DNA of 64,000 nucleotides from Chloroflexota bacterium. Its GTDB lineage: Bacteria; Chloroflexota; Dehalococcoidia; Bin125. The stretch spans positions 18,154-82,153 of the forward strand of contig JAPPJZ010000082.1 in NCBI GenBank assembly GCA_028874365.1. Reading direction: 5' to 3'. The notes under the pieces are model-generated. The model did no database searches, was not told where the DNA came from, and saw only the letters and a program-made list of their open reading frames with translations. Below, piece after piece: positions 40,728 to 50,376 of the stretch. Position 1 is the stretch's first letter, and each line of letters opens with the position of its first letter. The position numbers and the translations under genes are program-made.

Positions 40728-41633
40728 GATAGCGAAGCAAAGTCAACTCAACAGATGTCGTTCCAGAAACTCGCCGACCACTTGATTGAAGACTTCCGGC
40801 CGCTCCCAGTACACGGAGTGACCGCAGCCTGCGACTTCAACGTACTCGGATCCCGCTGTTTGCTCATGCACCATGCGGACCGCCTCCGGATAGACGATCT
40901 TGTCTTGATCACCAACCAGGAACATCGTGGGCGCCATGAGTGCCTCAAGATCGTCCGTTCCAATACGAATGCCAGTCGGCATGTATCTCATATTGGAACG
41001 CGATTTGGTCAAGTTAAACGACAACCACTCCGGCAGGGGGAAGTTCTCGAAATTGAGTCTAATTCGCATCAGCAGCGCCATGGCAGGTTCGCGATCGGGA
41101 TAGTCCTCGGCATAGGCCCGATCGAGCCCCGGGATGTCGCGGGTCCGTTCGTCATGCTCTTCAATCACGCTGTGCAGCTCCGGCCAATCCAGATCCCCCA
41201 CGCAGTCACACATCACCAGCGCCGATACGCGGCCAGGATTTCGAACCGCGAAGCCAAGAGCAGTCCATCCACCCATCGATTGCGCGATGAGGGCTGCGCG
41301 TTCGATGCCAAGTCGGTCCAGTAGCACCTCAAGGTCGTCGACGAACCGGGTTGGCCCCTCTTGCTCCGGATCTGTCGACGCGCCGAAGCCTCGGTGATCG
41401 ATCACGATGCAGCGAAAGTGTCTGCTGAAATGCGGGATCTGCTGAAACCAGGCGATCTGCGTTCCACCGCCCGCTCCGTGTAAGAAGACGACCGGGGGAC
41501 CCTCTCCATACTCTTGGTAGTGCAGGTCGATGCCGTTGAGCTGCTCGGTTGGCATGGCGAAGTATCCCGATCTAGGAGTGAGCACAACTGCGGTCTGGAC
41601 CGAAGGTAGCAATCCCGGTTTTGCTTCGCTATC
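40728..41633. mobile_element. Single-gene segment bounded by a perfect 14-bp inverted repeat
   Basis: GATAGCGAAGCAAA at 40728-40741 and TTTGCTTCGCTATC at 41620-41633. Confidence 0.55.
40743..41555 (-). CDS. Alpha/beta hydrolase
   Basis: HGAGG, DHRGFG, AQSMGG, GHSVYWE; start taken at MPTEQL. Confidence 0.9.
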   Translation of the reverse strand: MPTEQLNGIDLHYQEYGEGPPVVFLHGAGGGTQIAWFQQIPHFSRHFRCIVIDHRGFGASTDPEQEGPTRFVDDLEVLLDRLGIERAALIAQSMGGWTALGFAVRNPGRVSALVMCDCVGDLDWPELHSVIEEHDERTRDIPGLDRAYAEDYPDREPAMALLMRIRLNFENFPLPEWLSFNLTKSRSNMRYMPTGIRIGTDDLEALMAPTMFLVGDQDKIVYPEAVRMVHEQTAGSEYVEVAGCGHSVYWERPEVFNQVVGEFLERHLLS

Positions 41634-41843
41634 TCGGAGACTCCGCTACGGGCGATGAGAGGGTGTTCGCAGTGAGCCCGCCATGAGAAGTGTGAAGACC
41701 GCGCAGTGTCGGAGGCGATGAGGGCTCACGACTGGAAGACATGCCGGTTGCTCGCTTGGCCTGCAATCGAATCATCGGCCGATCACGCTGACCGAGCAGT
41801 CGACAGTCACCGACCTTCTACACGCATTAGCGTATGACGCGAG

Positions 41844-43367
41844 ATGTCAGACCGCATTCGCAGCGTGGTAGTCGTCGGTGGAGGAAGCGCCGGGTTCCTG
41901 GCAGCTCTGACCTTCCGACGTATGCTGCCCCGGATCAAACTCACGGTCGTCCATTCGCCCGAGATCCCAATCATCGGGGTGGGCGAATCAACCACCGGCC
42001 GAGTGCCCTTGCACCTGCACGAATCGCTGCGCATCAGCCGTGACGAGTTCCACCGGCAGGTTCGGCCGAGTTGGAAGCTGGGACTTCGTCTGGAGTGGGG
42101 CGCCGAGGACGTGCCCCACTTCAACTACTCATTCGATCGCTATCTCGAGAGACACGTGCCCGGTCTCGACAAGCGGGCTGCGTTTTACTGCCTGGCGGAT
42201 CCCAGGGACTGCAGCGTCTTCAACGCGATGATGGACCGGGCCCGATCGCCCGTCACGCTGGAGGGGCGACAATTCGCCATCGACCCCCGCGCGGCGTATC
42301 ACCTGCCCAACAAGCGCTTCGTCGAGTACTTGCAACGGCAGTCGCGCGAATCAGGCGCCGCGCTGATTGAGGACGAGGTGCAGGATGTGGTGCGGGCAGA
42401 GTCGGGTGAAGTCGAGCGTCTACGGCTAAAGAGCGGGCGCGAGATCGCGGGCGATCTGTTCATTGACTGCTCGGGCTTTCGTTCATTGCTACTCGGAGAG
42501 ACGATGGGCGAGCCCTACTTGAGCTATGCCGACACGCTGTTCTGCGACCGAGCCATTATTGGCTCCTGGCAGCGCTACGACCGGATCCTGCCCTATACGA
42601 CGGCCTCGACGATGGACCACGGCTGGGCCTGGCGGATAGACTTTCCCGATGTTGTCACTCGGGGATACGTGTTCTCCTCCGCCTTCTGCTCCGACGAAGA
42701 AGCGGCGCAAGAGCTACGGGCCAAGAACCCCGAACTGGGCAATGACTTGCGAGTGCTCGCATTTCCCAGCGGCCGCTATGCGCGCCATTGGGTCCGGAAC
42801 GTCGTCGCCGTGGGCAATGCCTCGGGGTTCGTCGAGCCCCTGGAGGCCACCGCCCTCCACCTGATCGTCGAGCAGCTCTACAAACTCGCCGACGGGCTGA
42901 TCGACTCGGACGCAATACCTACTGCCGAACTACGCGATGTCCTCAACGAGGCTTTTCAGATCGGCTGGGACGACGTGCGCGACTTTCTGGCGCTGCATTA
43001 CCGGTACAACTACCACGCGAACACGCCATTCTGGCGCCACTGTCGCGCGGAGACATCGCTGGGTGGAGCTTCGGCGCTGGTCGAGGCCTACGAGCGCCTG
43101 GGGCCGTCGCTCCTACTGAAGCGGCTGATCGAAGGCGAGTACTTCGAGTACGAGGGCTACACATCCATGCTGGTCGGCCTGCGCGTACCCACTGCGGCAC
43201 GGCGAGAACTCTCCAGCGACGAGGCCGCGGCATGGGCCGCGTATCAACGAGGAGTTCGCAACTCGGCCATGAGAACGATGCCGATGCGAGAAGCGTTGGA
43301 GCGCGCCCACGGCGCGGCGTCTGGCGCGCAGACCCGTGCCGAGCGCCGTCGACAGGCCCGCAACTGA
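41844..43367 (+). CDS. Flavin-dependent halogenase (tryptophan 7-halogenase family)
   Basis: GGGSAG, IGVGEST, catalytic-position Lys in SWKLG, FIDCSGF, WAWRI, FVEPLEAT. Confidence 0.93.
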   Translation: MSDRIRSVVVVGGGSAGFLAALTFRRMLPRIKLTVVHSPEIPIIGVGESTTGRVPLHLHESLRISRDEFHRQVRPSWKLGLRLEWGAEDVPHFNYSFDRYLERHVPGLDKRAAFYCLADPRDCSVFNAMMDRARSPVTLEGRQFAIDPRAAYHLPNKRFVEYLQRQSRESGAALIEDEVQDVVRAESGEVERLRLKSGREIAGDLFIDCSGFRSLLLGETMGEPYLSYADTLFCDRAIIGSWQRYDRILPYTTASTMDHGWAWRIDFPDVVTRGYVFSSAFCSDEEAAQELRAKNPELGNDLRVLAFPSGRYARHWVRNVVAVGNASGFVEPLEATALHLIVEQLYKLADGLIDSDAIPTAELRDVLNEAFQIGWDDVRDFLALHYRYNYHANTPFWRHCRAETSLGGASALVEAYERLGPSLLLKRLIEGEYFEYEGYTSMLVGLRVPTAARRELSSDEAAAWAAYQRGVRNSAMRTMPMREALERAHGAASGAQTRAERRRQARN

Positions 43368-43415
43368 CCCGATTCAGGCACAAGTGGATGGCCCTCGGCG
43401 GGGCCGCGTCCCTGA

Positions 43416-43460
43416 TTGACAAGCCAAAATCGACTCGTGATACTTGCGCATAACTGCAAG
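43416..43460 (+). promoter_or_regulatory. Sigma70-type promoter with overlapping inverted repeat
   Basis: TTGACA-N17-GATACT; CTTGC-N8-GCAAG at 43443-43460. Confidence 0.6.
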
Positions 43461-43495
43461 CTCCGCTATTTGGCATTAGCAGCGAGAGATCTGAC

Positions 43496-45349
43496 ATGAA
43501 CGAGCGCAACTATTGGACAAGACTGAGTCGGCGGAAGCTCTCGCGACGCACCCTGTTGAGAGCCAGCGCCAGAGCAGGCGTCGGCGCCGCCGGCCTGGTG
43601 CTGGTGGGCTGCGGCGACGATGATGACGACGACGGTGCGCAACCCGCCGCCGCTCAGGCTCAACAGCAACAGCAAGAGCAACAGGCGCCGGCCGCGCAGC
43701 AACAGACGCAGCAAGAGCAACAGGCGGAGCAGGCAGCTCAGCAAGCCGAGCAACAGGAACGACAGCAGCAGGCCGCACAGCAACAGACATCTCAACAGCA
43801 GCAGCAGCAGCAGCAAGCACAGCAACAACAACAGCAGCAGGCGCAAGCGGTACAGGCCGCCCCCAGTTTGCCTCGCGGTGGGATCGTCAAATACGGCGCC
43901 GAGAATGAACTGATCGGTCAGAGCGGCATGGATCCCTCAACGGCCCTCACCCAATCAGGCCTCTGGCGCGCGATCTATGACCCGCTGATCTCAACGCGAG
44001 CCGACGGCGTCGTTGACCTCGATGCCTCGCTCGCCGAAGCCTTCGAGGCGGTAGACGACACCACGATCGTGTTCACCCTGCGCGATGGTGTGACGTTCCA
44101 CGATGGCACGAGCTTCGACGCCGAGGCTGCCAGGTTCAACCTTGACCGCGCGGTCGATACCAGCATTCCCGCTGGCGGAGTGTATGCGGCGGCGTTCTCG
44201 GTAATCGAGTCAAAGGACGTGCTCGACAGCAACACCCTGAGATTCACTCTCACCGGACCCAATGCGGCGCTGCTGACGAATCTGCAAGAGCGTGGCGGCA
44301 TGATGGTCTCCCCGACCCACATAGAAGCGACGTCCCTGGAAGATCTGCGCGTGCAACCGGTCGGCACAGGTCCCTACCGACTCGATATCTGGGAAAACGA
44401 GAAGTCCACGGTGCTGGTTCCGTACCAGGACAGTTGGCAGCGACGCGAAGACGGCGGGCCCTATGCCCTGCTGGACGAGTTCCACTACGTAGTGATCCCT
44501 GATGCGGTCGTTCGGGCCGCAGCGATCGAGTCGGGAGACGTTGATACCTTCGTGGCCCCGGACAGCCAGGTTGGGCTGCTATTGGACAATGACGATCTCA
44601 CCTCCGTGGTGCGCAAGGGGTCCCTGCACCTCTCCTGGTGGGTGAACCATGAGCTGTATCCGGCGAACAACGTCGATTTCCGCCGGGCGCTCATGCACGC
44701 CTGGGATAAAGAGGGCGCCCGTGAAGTCTTCTACGAAGGCCGCGCTGACCTGGGCACCGCAATCCTGTCCAACGGGAACTGGGCGCATGCTCCGCAGGAG
44801 AACTTCCCGACCGAGTTCAACATGGATAAGGCCGAGGAGTTGTTGGTCCAATCGGGCATTCCGGAAGAGGACTGGGAGATTCCGATCACCGCCGCTTGGG
44901 CCGGCGCCGAGCCGATGTTCCAGGCCCTGGCAGGGAGTTGGGAGCAACTGGGCGTGCGTGTCATCCCGGCCACCTACGAGGAAGTCCAGACACGTCCCTG
45001 GGCCAATCGAGGGCAGGCGGCAGATCTCCACATCTTCAGCCAGGGCGGCGACCGTGGCGAACCCGATACCTTCCTGCAATTGGGACTAACCGAGAAGGGA
45101 ACCTGGAACCTGGGCGGTGGACCTGTGCCTGAAGTCGAAGGCCTCGTCCAGGACGCGGTCTCCACCTATGACACCGAGGAGCGCCGAAGGATCTACGCGG
45201 AGATCCAGGAAATCCAGGCCGATCTCTTGTACAGCATCCTGCCCGGGCTGTACACGCCTCGCTACTTTTTCAGCCGCAACAACGTCGGAGGCGCCCAATT
45301 CGACTTGAACGGGTTTGAATGGTTCAAGGAGTTGCACCGGATCTCCTAG
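43496..45349 (+). CDS. Family-5 solute-binding Tat lipoprotein with polyQ linker
   Basis: SRRTLL, LVGC, two Q8 runs, FHDG, GTGPY. Confidence 0.93.
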   Translation: MNERNYWTRLSRRKLSRRTLLRASARAGVGAAGLVLVGCGDDDDDDGAQPAAAQAQQQQQEQQAPAAQQQTQQEQQAEQAAQQAEQQERQQQAAQQQTSQQQQQQQQAQQQQQQQAQAVQAAPSLPRGGIVKYGAENELIGQSGMDPSTALTQSGLWRAIYDPLISTRADGVVDLDASLAEAFEAVDDTTIVFTLRDGVTFHDGTSFDAEAARFNLDRAVDTSIPAGGVYAAAFSVIESKDVLDSNTLRFTLTGPNAALLTNLQERGGMMVSPTHIEATSLEDLRVQPVGTGPYRLDIWENEKSTVLVPYQDSWQRREDGGPYALLDEFHYVVIPDAVVRAAAIESGDVDTFVAPDSQVGLLLDNDDLTSVVRKGSLHLSWWVNHELYPANNVDFRRALMHAWDKEGAREVFYEGRADLGTAILSNGNWAHAPQENFPTEFNMDKAEELLVQSGIPEEDWEIPITAAWAGAEPMFQALAGSWEQLGVRVIPATYEEVQTRPWANRGQAADLHIFSQGGDRGEPDTFLQLGLTEKGTWNLGGGPVPEVEGLVQDAVSTYDTEERRRIYAEIQEIQADLLYSILPGLYTPRYFFSRNNVGGAQFDLNGFEWFKELHRIS

Positions 45350-45421
45350 GCACATCCCGGTCCCGGATCTCTCCCCTCTTCGGCGGGGCGGGGCTCGACG
45401 CAGTCCGCATAGGGGTTGAGC

Positions 45422-46384
45422 GTGAGCAAGTTCATCCTGGCTCGGCTCCTTCAAGCACTGCCCGTCCTGTTCCTGGTCTCAATACTGACCTTCGCCGGAC
45501 TTGAGTTGGTCCCGGGCGATCCGTTGCTCGCCGTGATTGGGCCCGCACAGGACGGTACCCAGCTCAGCGCGGAGGACGTTGAACGAATCAAAGAACAATT
45601 CGGTCTGCATGGCTCGCTACCGGAGCGCTACTTTCGTTACGTCGAACAGGTCATTCTGCACTTCGATTTCGGTACCTCGCTGCAATCGCAAGAACCGGTG
45701 ACCAGGGTCATTGCCGATCGAATGCCGGTCTCGCTCTGGCTCAACGGCCTCGCGCTCGGATTGAGCATTGTGTTGGGACTGACGCTCGGTCTGCTCGCCG
45801 GGGTGCGGCCGGGAACCCGCGGCGATCTGGGCGTCACGTTTCTGGCCGTCGTCGGGGTAGCCGCTCCGAGTTTCTGGCTTGCCATTGGTTTGATCATTCT
45901 GTTCTCGGTCGAGCTCGGATGGCTGCCTACCTCAGGCTGGGTCAATCCCACTTCCGACCCCTGGGAGGCCGCGAAACACCTGGCGATGCCCGTCTTCGCG
46001 CTCTCTCTGGGCGGCGTCGCCGTGATCGCACGACAGACGCGCTCGTCCGTCTTGGAGATACGCCGACAGGACTACATCGTGACCGCGCGGGCCAAGGGTT
46101 TGACCAGCAGCGCGGTTCTCATTCGCCATGTACTGAAGAACTCGATGCTGCCGGTGGTAACCATCATGGGCCTGCAGTTCGCCGCCCTGTTCGGCGGTAG
46201 CGTGATCATCGAGCGGCTGTTCGCACTACCAGGACTGGGCCGCCTCGCATTTGACGCGACGCTCGCGCACGACTTCAAGATTCTGCAGGGAATCGTCTTC
46301 CTCGTCACGCTCGTCGTGATCGGGGCCAATCTGCTCACCGACATCGTCTACGGCATGCTCGATCCACGGATTCGATACCAATGA
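45422..46384 (+). CDS. ABC permease (DppB-like)
   Basis: PGDP, DYIVTARAKGL, DPRIR. Confidence 0.93.
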   Translation: MSKFILARLLQALPVLFLVSILTFAGLELVPGDPLLAVIGPAQDGTQLSAEDVERIKEQFGLHGSLPERYFRYVEQVILHFDFGTSLQSQEPVTRVIADRMPVSLWLNGLALGLSIVLGLTLGLLAGVRPGTRGDLGVTFLAVVGVAAPSFWLAIGLIILFSVELGWLPTSGWVNPTSDPWEAAKHLAMPVFALSLGGVAVIARQTRSSVLEIRRQDYIVTARAKGLTSSAVLIRHVLKNSMLPVVTIMGLQFAALFGGSVIIERLFALPGLGRLAFDATLAHDFKILQGIVFLVTLVVIGANLLTDIVYGMLDPRIRYQ

Positions 46385-47271
46385 CCGTCCGCGAACAACC
46401 GACTGCGTCGCTGCCCCGGTTCCGGCATCTGCAGGTGCCCACCAGCATCAGGGTGTTTCTGCACGATCCCAAGGCCCAGGTCGCAACGATCATCCTGCTG
46501 GTCGTCATCTTTTTCGCGGCCTTCGGCCCGGCGATCGCCCCATTCGGCGAGAACGAGCAAAATCTCCGGGCAAGTCTGGAGGGGCCATCCTGGACCCACC
46601 TGCTGGGTACGGATCAACTCGGGCGCGACATCCTCAGCCGCGCGATGTACGGCAGCCGCGTGTCCGTCAGCGTGGGACTGATCGTTGTCGCGATCGCGGC
46701 GGCTGTGGCACTGCCAATCGGGCTCAGTTCCGGGTACTTCGGAGGCTGGGTCGACGCGGTGCTGATGCGATTCGTCGACACCTGGATCTCGATCCCGCCG
46801 ATCATCCTCATCCTGGCCATCGTGGCGATCGCCGGCACGAGTCTGGGGAACGTCATGCTGGCGATCGGGCTGGCCAGTTTCCCGGTCTTCTCTCGCTTGC
46901 TGCGCGCCCTGACGTTGTCGCTCAAGGCGCAGGATTTCGTCACGGCCGCCCGCTCCCTCGGGGCCTCCGATTTGCGCATCCTGATCCGGCACATCCTGCC
47001 CAACACGGTGCAGCCCTTGATCGTGCAAGGCACGCTACTGGTGGGAGTTGCGGTTCTGGCCGAGGCCGCGCTTAGCTTCCTCGGCTTCGGTGCGCAGCCG
47101 CCTCAGGCCACCTGGGGCAACATGATCGCCGAGGGCTTCCCCGTGATTCGCCATAGCTTGTGGCCCACCATCCTGCCAGGCGCGCTGATCATGCTGTTCG
47201 TGCTGGCGGCTAACTTCATGGGCGACCGCCTGCGTGACGTCCTAGACCCGCGTCTACGGGGCAGCCTCTAA
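46381..47271 (+). CDS. ABC permease (DppC-like)
   Basis: HLLGTDQLGRD, HILPN, GDRLRDVLDPR. Confidence 0.93.
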   Translation: MTVREQPTASLPRFRHLQVPTSIRVFLHDPKAQVATIILLVVIFFAAFGPAIAPFGENEQNLRASLEGPSWTHLLGTDQLGRDILSRAMYGSRVSVSVGLIVVAIAAAVALPIGLSSGYFGGWVDAVLMRFVDTWISIPPIILILAIVAIAGTSLGNVMLAIGLASFPVFSRLLRALTLSLKAQDFVTAARSLGASDLRILIRHILPNTVQPLIVQGTLLVGVAVLAEAALSFLGFGAQPPQATWGNMIAEGFPVIRHSLWPTILPGALIMLFVLAANFMGDRLRDVLDPRLRGSL

Positions 47272-47307
47272 CCATCGTCTCACCCGTGCAAGAACCAGGA
47301 GACTCCG

Positions 47308-48099
47308 ATGCCCAAGACCCTCAATGTCAGCGGCGCCAGCTTGATCTACGACGAGTTTGGAGATGGTCCCGACACGATCGTGTTCGTCCATGGGGCCGGC
47401 GGAAACCATCTCAGCTGGTGGAACCAGATTCCTCACTTCAGTCAGCGATTTCGCTGTGTCACCTATGAGGTCCGCGGCTGGGGACAGAGCCAGGACCTGT
47501 CCAGCGAGGGCCGTACCGCATTCGCCCGTGACCTCGGAGAGTTGATGAATCAACTGGAGATTGCCGAAGCGGCGCTGGTTGGTCAGTCGATGGGCGGCTT
47601 TTCAATTCTGCCTTACGCAGTTCGCAATCCCGACCGGGTGACAGCGCTGATGATGGCCGACACAATGCTCGGTATTGGCGACCAGGGACTGCTCGACGAC
47701 ATGCGGACGGCAACCGCCGCGGCAGCCGAGAATGCGCGGCTCGGCGGGATGACCCGCATGGTTGGCCCGGCCTATCTTGAGCGCTCGCCTGAAGGCGTCT
47801 TCCTCTACAACCAGGTCCGAGCGCTGAATCCGCCTCTGGACCTCGATCGACCGTTGTCGTTTGGCATCGAGGATGGCGCCATTGCGGTCGAAGATCTGTC
47901 AGCGCTGACGATGCCAGTCTTGTTCCTGGCCGGCGCCGAAGACGCGATTATCCCCGCCGCTGTAATCGAACGGGCCGCTGCGATGGTTCCCGGCGCTCAC
48001 TACGTCGAGATCCCTGAGGGCGGACACTCCGTCTACTGGGAGCTTCCCCAACAGTTCAACGCCGCTCTCGGGGAGCTGTTAGCCGTGGCCTATTCCTAG
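47308..48099 (+). CDS. Alpha/beta hydrolase, paralogous to 40743-41555
   Basis: HGAGG, QIPHFS, GQSMGG, GHSVYWE. Confidence 0.92.
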   Translation: MPKTLNVSGASLIYDEFGDGPDTIVFVHGAGGNHLSWWNQIPHFSQRFRCVTYEVRGWGQSQDLSSEGRTAFARDLGELMNQLEIAEAALVGQSMGGFSILPYAVRNPDRVTALMMADTMLGIGDQGLLDDMRTATAAAAENARLGGMTRMVGPAYLERSPEGVFLYNQVRALNPPLDLDRPLSFGIEDGAIAVEDLSALTMPVLFLAGAEDAIIPAAVIERAAAMVPGAHYVEIPEGGHSVYWELPQQFNAALGELLAVAYS

Positions 48100-48303
48100 C
48101 CTTGTCATCGAAGTTGCCCGATGAGTCAATGACGAACAGAAACTCGGAAGGCCTCAGTTCCACTCTGCAGCTTATGCAGCTCCTTGCCGACTTACTGTCC
48201 CCTGCGCTCCCAGGGTTCACGCATCGGGCCTCGCCCTAACCCGCGCCTAACGCACAAGAGCCGATCAAGATCGGAAATCGTTGCACGTAGCTCAACCAGT
48301 AGT

Positions 48304-48343
48304 TGGTGGGCGAAACGCTACCGAACTGCGAACTTTTGAGTGG
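48304..48343 (+). repeat. att-like boundary motif copy D
   Basis: TGGTGGGCGAAACGCTACCGAACTGCGAACTTTTGAGTGG; last 25 nt are 23/25 identical to 53276-53300. Confidence 0.8.
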
Positions 48344-48520
48344 CAAGTGCCGCTTTGAGCGCTAAGAACAAAATGGTCACTAAACAGGATGTTGCACCCA
48401 CAATCTTCGTCCGGTAGAGCTGCGCTGTTCCATCTAGGTCGTCATATTGCATCAGGTGGAAACTGCCAAGCGGCTTCACGAGTCATTGCTGCGATCACCA
48501 CGCCCTGTCGGTTGCCCGCG

Positions 48521-50374
48521 TCAAGCCCGAATCCCGGCCTCCTTGAGGAACTGCGACGGTTCCGCATGGCGCTCGCCGTATCTAGTGCGCCTGCGCTGCG
48601 GCCACGTCAGGAGCAATGTCCGCGACGCCCGGGTCACTGACACATAGAAGGCTCTTCGCTCGTTTTCGAGATCTGATTCGTTGTCAATTGAGCGGTAGTC
48701 GGGGAACGATCCTTGGGTCAGACCGACCACGGCCACAGCCCTAAACTCAAGACCCTTCGATTGGTGCGTTGTCAAGAGTCGGATGCCAGGCTCGTCAGGC
48801 CGCGTCTGCTGAACACGCAGTAGGAACCGAAGCAGTCCTAAGCCGCTTCTTTCCTGAGCATGGGTGCTCGCGCGATACTCGGCCCACCAAGCGAGCAATC
48901 GATCCAGGTCCGGGCCGTGAAAGTACTCACCGGTTGCGATAGCGCTCCTCACAGCATCAAGACCCTCTCCGTCGAGGTTGCTTCGGCCTATCAGGTCAGC
49001 AATAGGGAGTATGGGAGTATTGGAGACCGTCGCACAGAGTTGACTCAGGGTCCGATCACCTTCACCGATACCGGAGTATTCGTCCACCAGGTTGAACAGC
49101 TCGTCGTCAATGCGCCTCCAAGCCGGCTGGTTTCGTTCGTTCACCCCTACTTCTAGAAGCGCAAGGAAGAGCCTGGCTTCTGGAGTCGCAAGTAGGCTCT
49201 CAGCGTCGACCCGAAGTGACAGGCCGTAGCTCCGCTTTTCCAGTTCCTGCTGAACGTCGTCAAGCGCATACCTTGTTCGAGCGATCACGGCGATGTCTTC
49301 GGGAGCAAGCTGGTTCCACTCCCCAGGCACCAGGCTTGAAGAATCGATGCCGCTTTGCAGTAGGTCGTCAATCCAACTGACTACGACCTGAGCCTCTTCA
49401 GCTGAGTCCTCGGCCTCGGCTGCGCAGACCGAGCCCGGGGGGGTTCCAGGCGGCGTGATGGCATCGGTTCTGGGAGGAGTGAAGTGATTCGCGACCTTAC
49501 GAGCCAGAGATAGGATCTGAGTTGCGCACCTGAAGTTGTTCTGGAGTTCGAACTCCGCAGATCCTGGTCCTGCGAGCTTGCGTGCCCACTTGATATCCCC
49601 GCCAGCCCAACCATTGATCGACTGTCGATCGTCAGCGACGACGAACAGCCCCACGGAATCAGCGACAATCTCTCGCAATAGGGAAGACTGGGCCTGTGTC
49701 AGGTCCTGTCCCTCGTCTACCAGAACGTGGCCATACGTCCGCCTAATCCTCCTTAGGACTGATGGGTCCAACTCGAAGAGCTCCAGAAGCTTTGTCAACA
49801 TCCCTGCGAAGTCGATCCCACCTGCATCGTCCATGGCTGTCAGGTAGGCGCCATAAAGTTCGGGTAAGCGGAGGGACAGTGGGCCAACGACCTCGTTCGG
49901 CGCGTCTTCTGGCGACACGAGAGCGGTACGCATTGAGTCGATGCGGCGCAATGCATCGAGCAGGACCGGCTGGTCTGGATACGGCTCCCCGACCGAATCA
50001 AGAAACCTCCGTAGCAGATCCACCCGATCTCGCGGGTCTGCATAGACGACCACGTCTGGAGCGACGCCTACTGCTCGACCGGATCGATGCAGCCAATCCA
50101 ATGCGAATCCGTGAATCGTGTCCGCATCGACTCTCCAAGCCTCTTCCCCGATGGATTGAGTCACTCGAGCCTTCAGCTCGCCCGCCGCCTTGACGGTGAA
50201 AGTGACCGCCAACACACGGAATGATTGGCCTCGACTCTCATCGAGCAATCGTTCAATCCTCCGAATCAACACCTCTGTCTTGCCACTGCCAGCCGGAGCA
50301 AGGACCAGACTCTTGCTGGCTGTCGAGTTCACTGCGGCTTGCTGGTCTGGCGTTAGGTGAAGTGGCGAGGCCAT
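48521..50374 (-). CDS. UvrD/Rep SF1 helicase (GajB-like partner)
   Basis: APAGSGKT, VDEGQD, ADDRQSI, NNFRC, HQSKGLEF, YVSVTRA. Confidence 0.92.
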   Translation of the reverse strand: MASPLHLTPDQQAAVNSTASKSLVLAPAGSGKTEVLIRRIERLLDESRGQSFRVLAVTFTVKAAGELKARVTQSIGEEAWRVDADTIHGFALDWLHRSGRAVGVAPDVVVYADPRDRVDLLRRFLDSVGEPYPDQPVLLDALRRIDSMRTALVSPEDAPNEVVGPLSLRLPELYGAYLTAMDDAGGIDFAGMLTKLLELFELDPSVLRRIRRTYGHVLVDEGQDLTQAQSSLLREIVADSVGLFVVADDRQSINGWAGGDIKWARKLAGPGSAEFELQNNFRCATQILSLARKVANHFTPPRTDAITPPGTPPGSVCAAEAEDSAEEAQVVVSWIDDLLQSGIDSSSLVPGEWNQLAPEDIAVIARTRYALDDVQQELEKRSYGLSLRVDAESLLATPEARLFLALLEVGVNERNQPAWRRIDDELFNLVDEYSGIGEGDRTLSQLCATVSNTPILPIADLIGRSNLDGEGLDAVRSAIATGEYFHGPDLDRLLAWWAEYRASTHAQERSGLGLLRFLLRVQQTRPDEPGIRLLTTHQSKGLEFRAVAVVGLTQGSFPDYRSIDNESDLENERRAFYVSVTRASRTLLLTWPQRRRTRYGERHAEPSQFLKEAGIRA

Positions 50375-50376
50375 GG

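Noticed and set aside
41665-41673. GTTCGCAGT match to the att left arm
   Set aside because: Only 9 bp with no partner arm; compatible with chance.
41844-43367. Halogenated natural-product biosynthetic cluster
   Set aside because: No scaffold-forming enzyme or precursor peptide in the window.
43660-43850. CAG/CAA repeats as a CRISPR or satellite array
   Set aside because: In-frame polyQ coding sequence; no repeat-spacer structure or cas genes.
48304-48380. Intact tRNA on the minus strand at TGGTGGGC (also 32449)
   Set aside because: Similarity ends after about 13 nt; no cloverleaf can be built.
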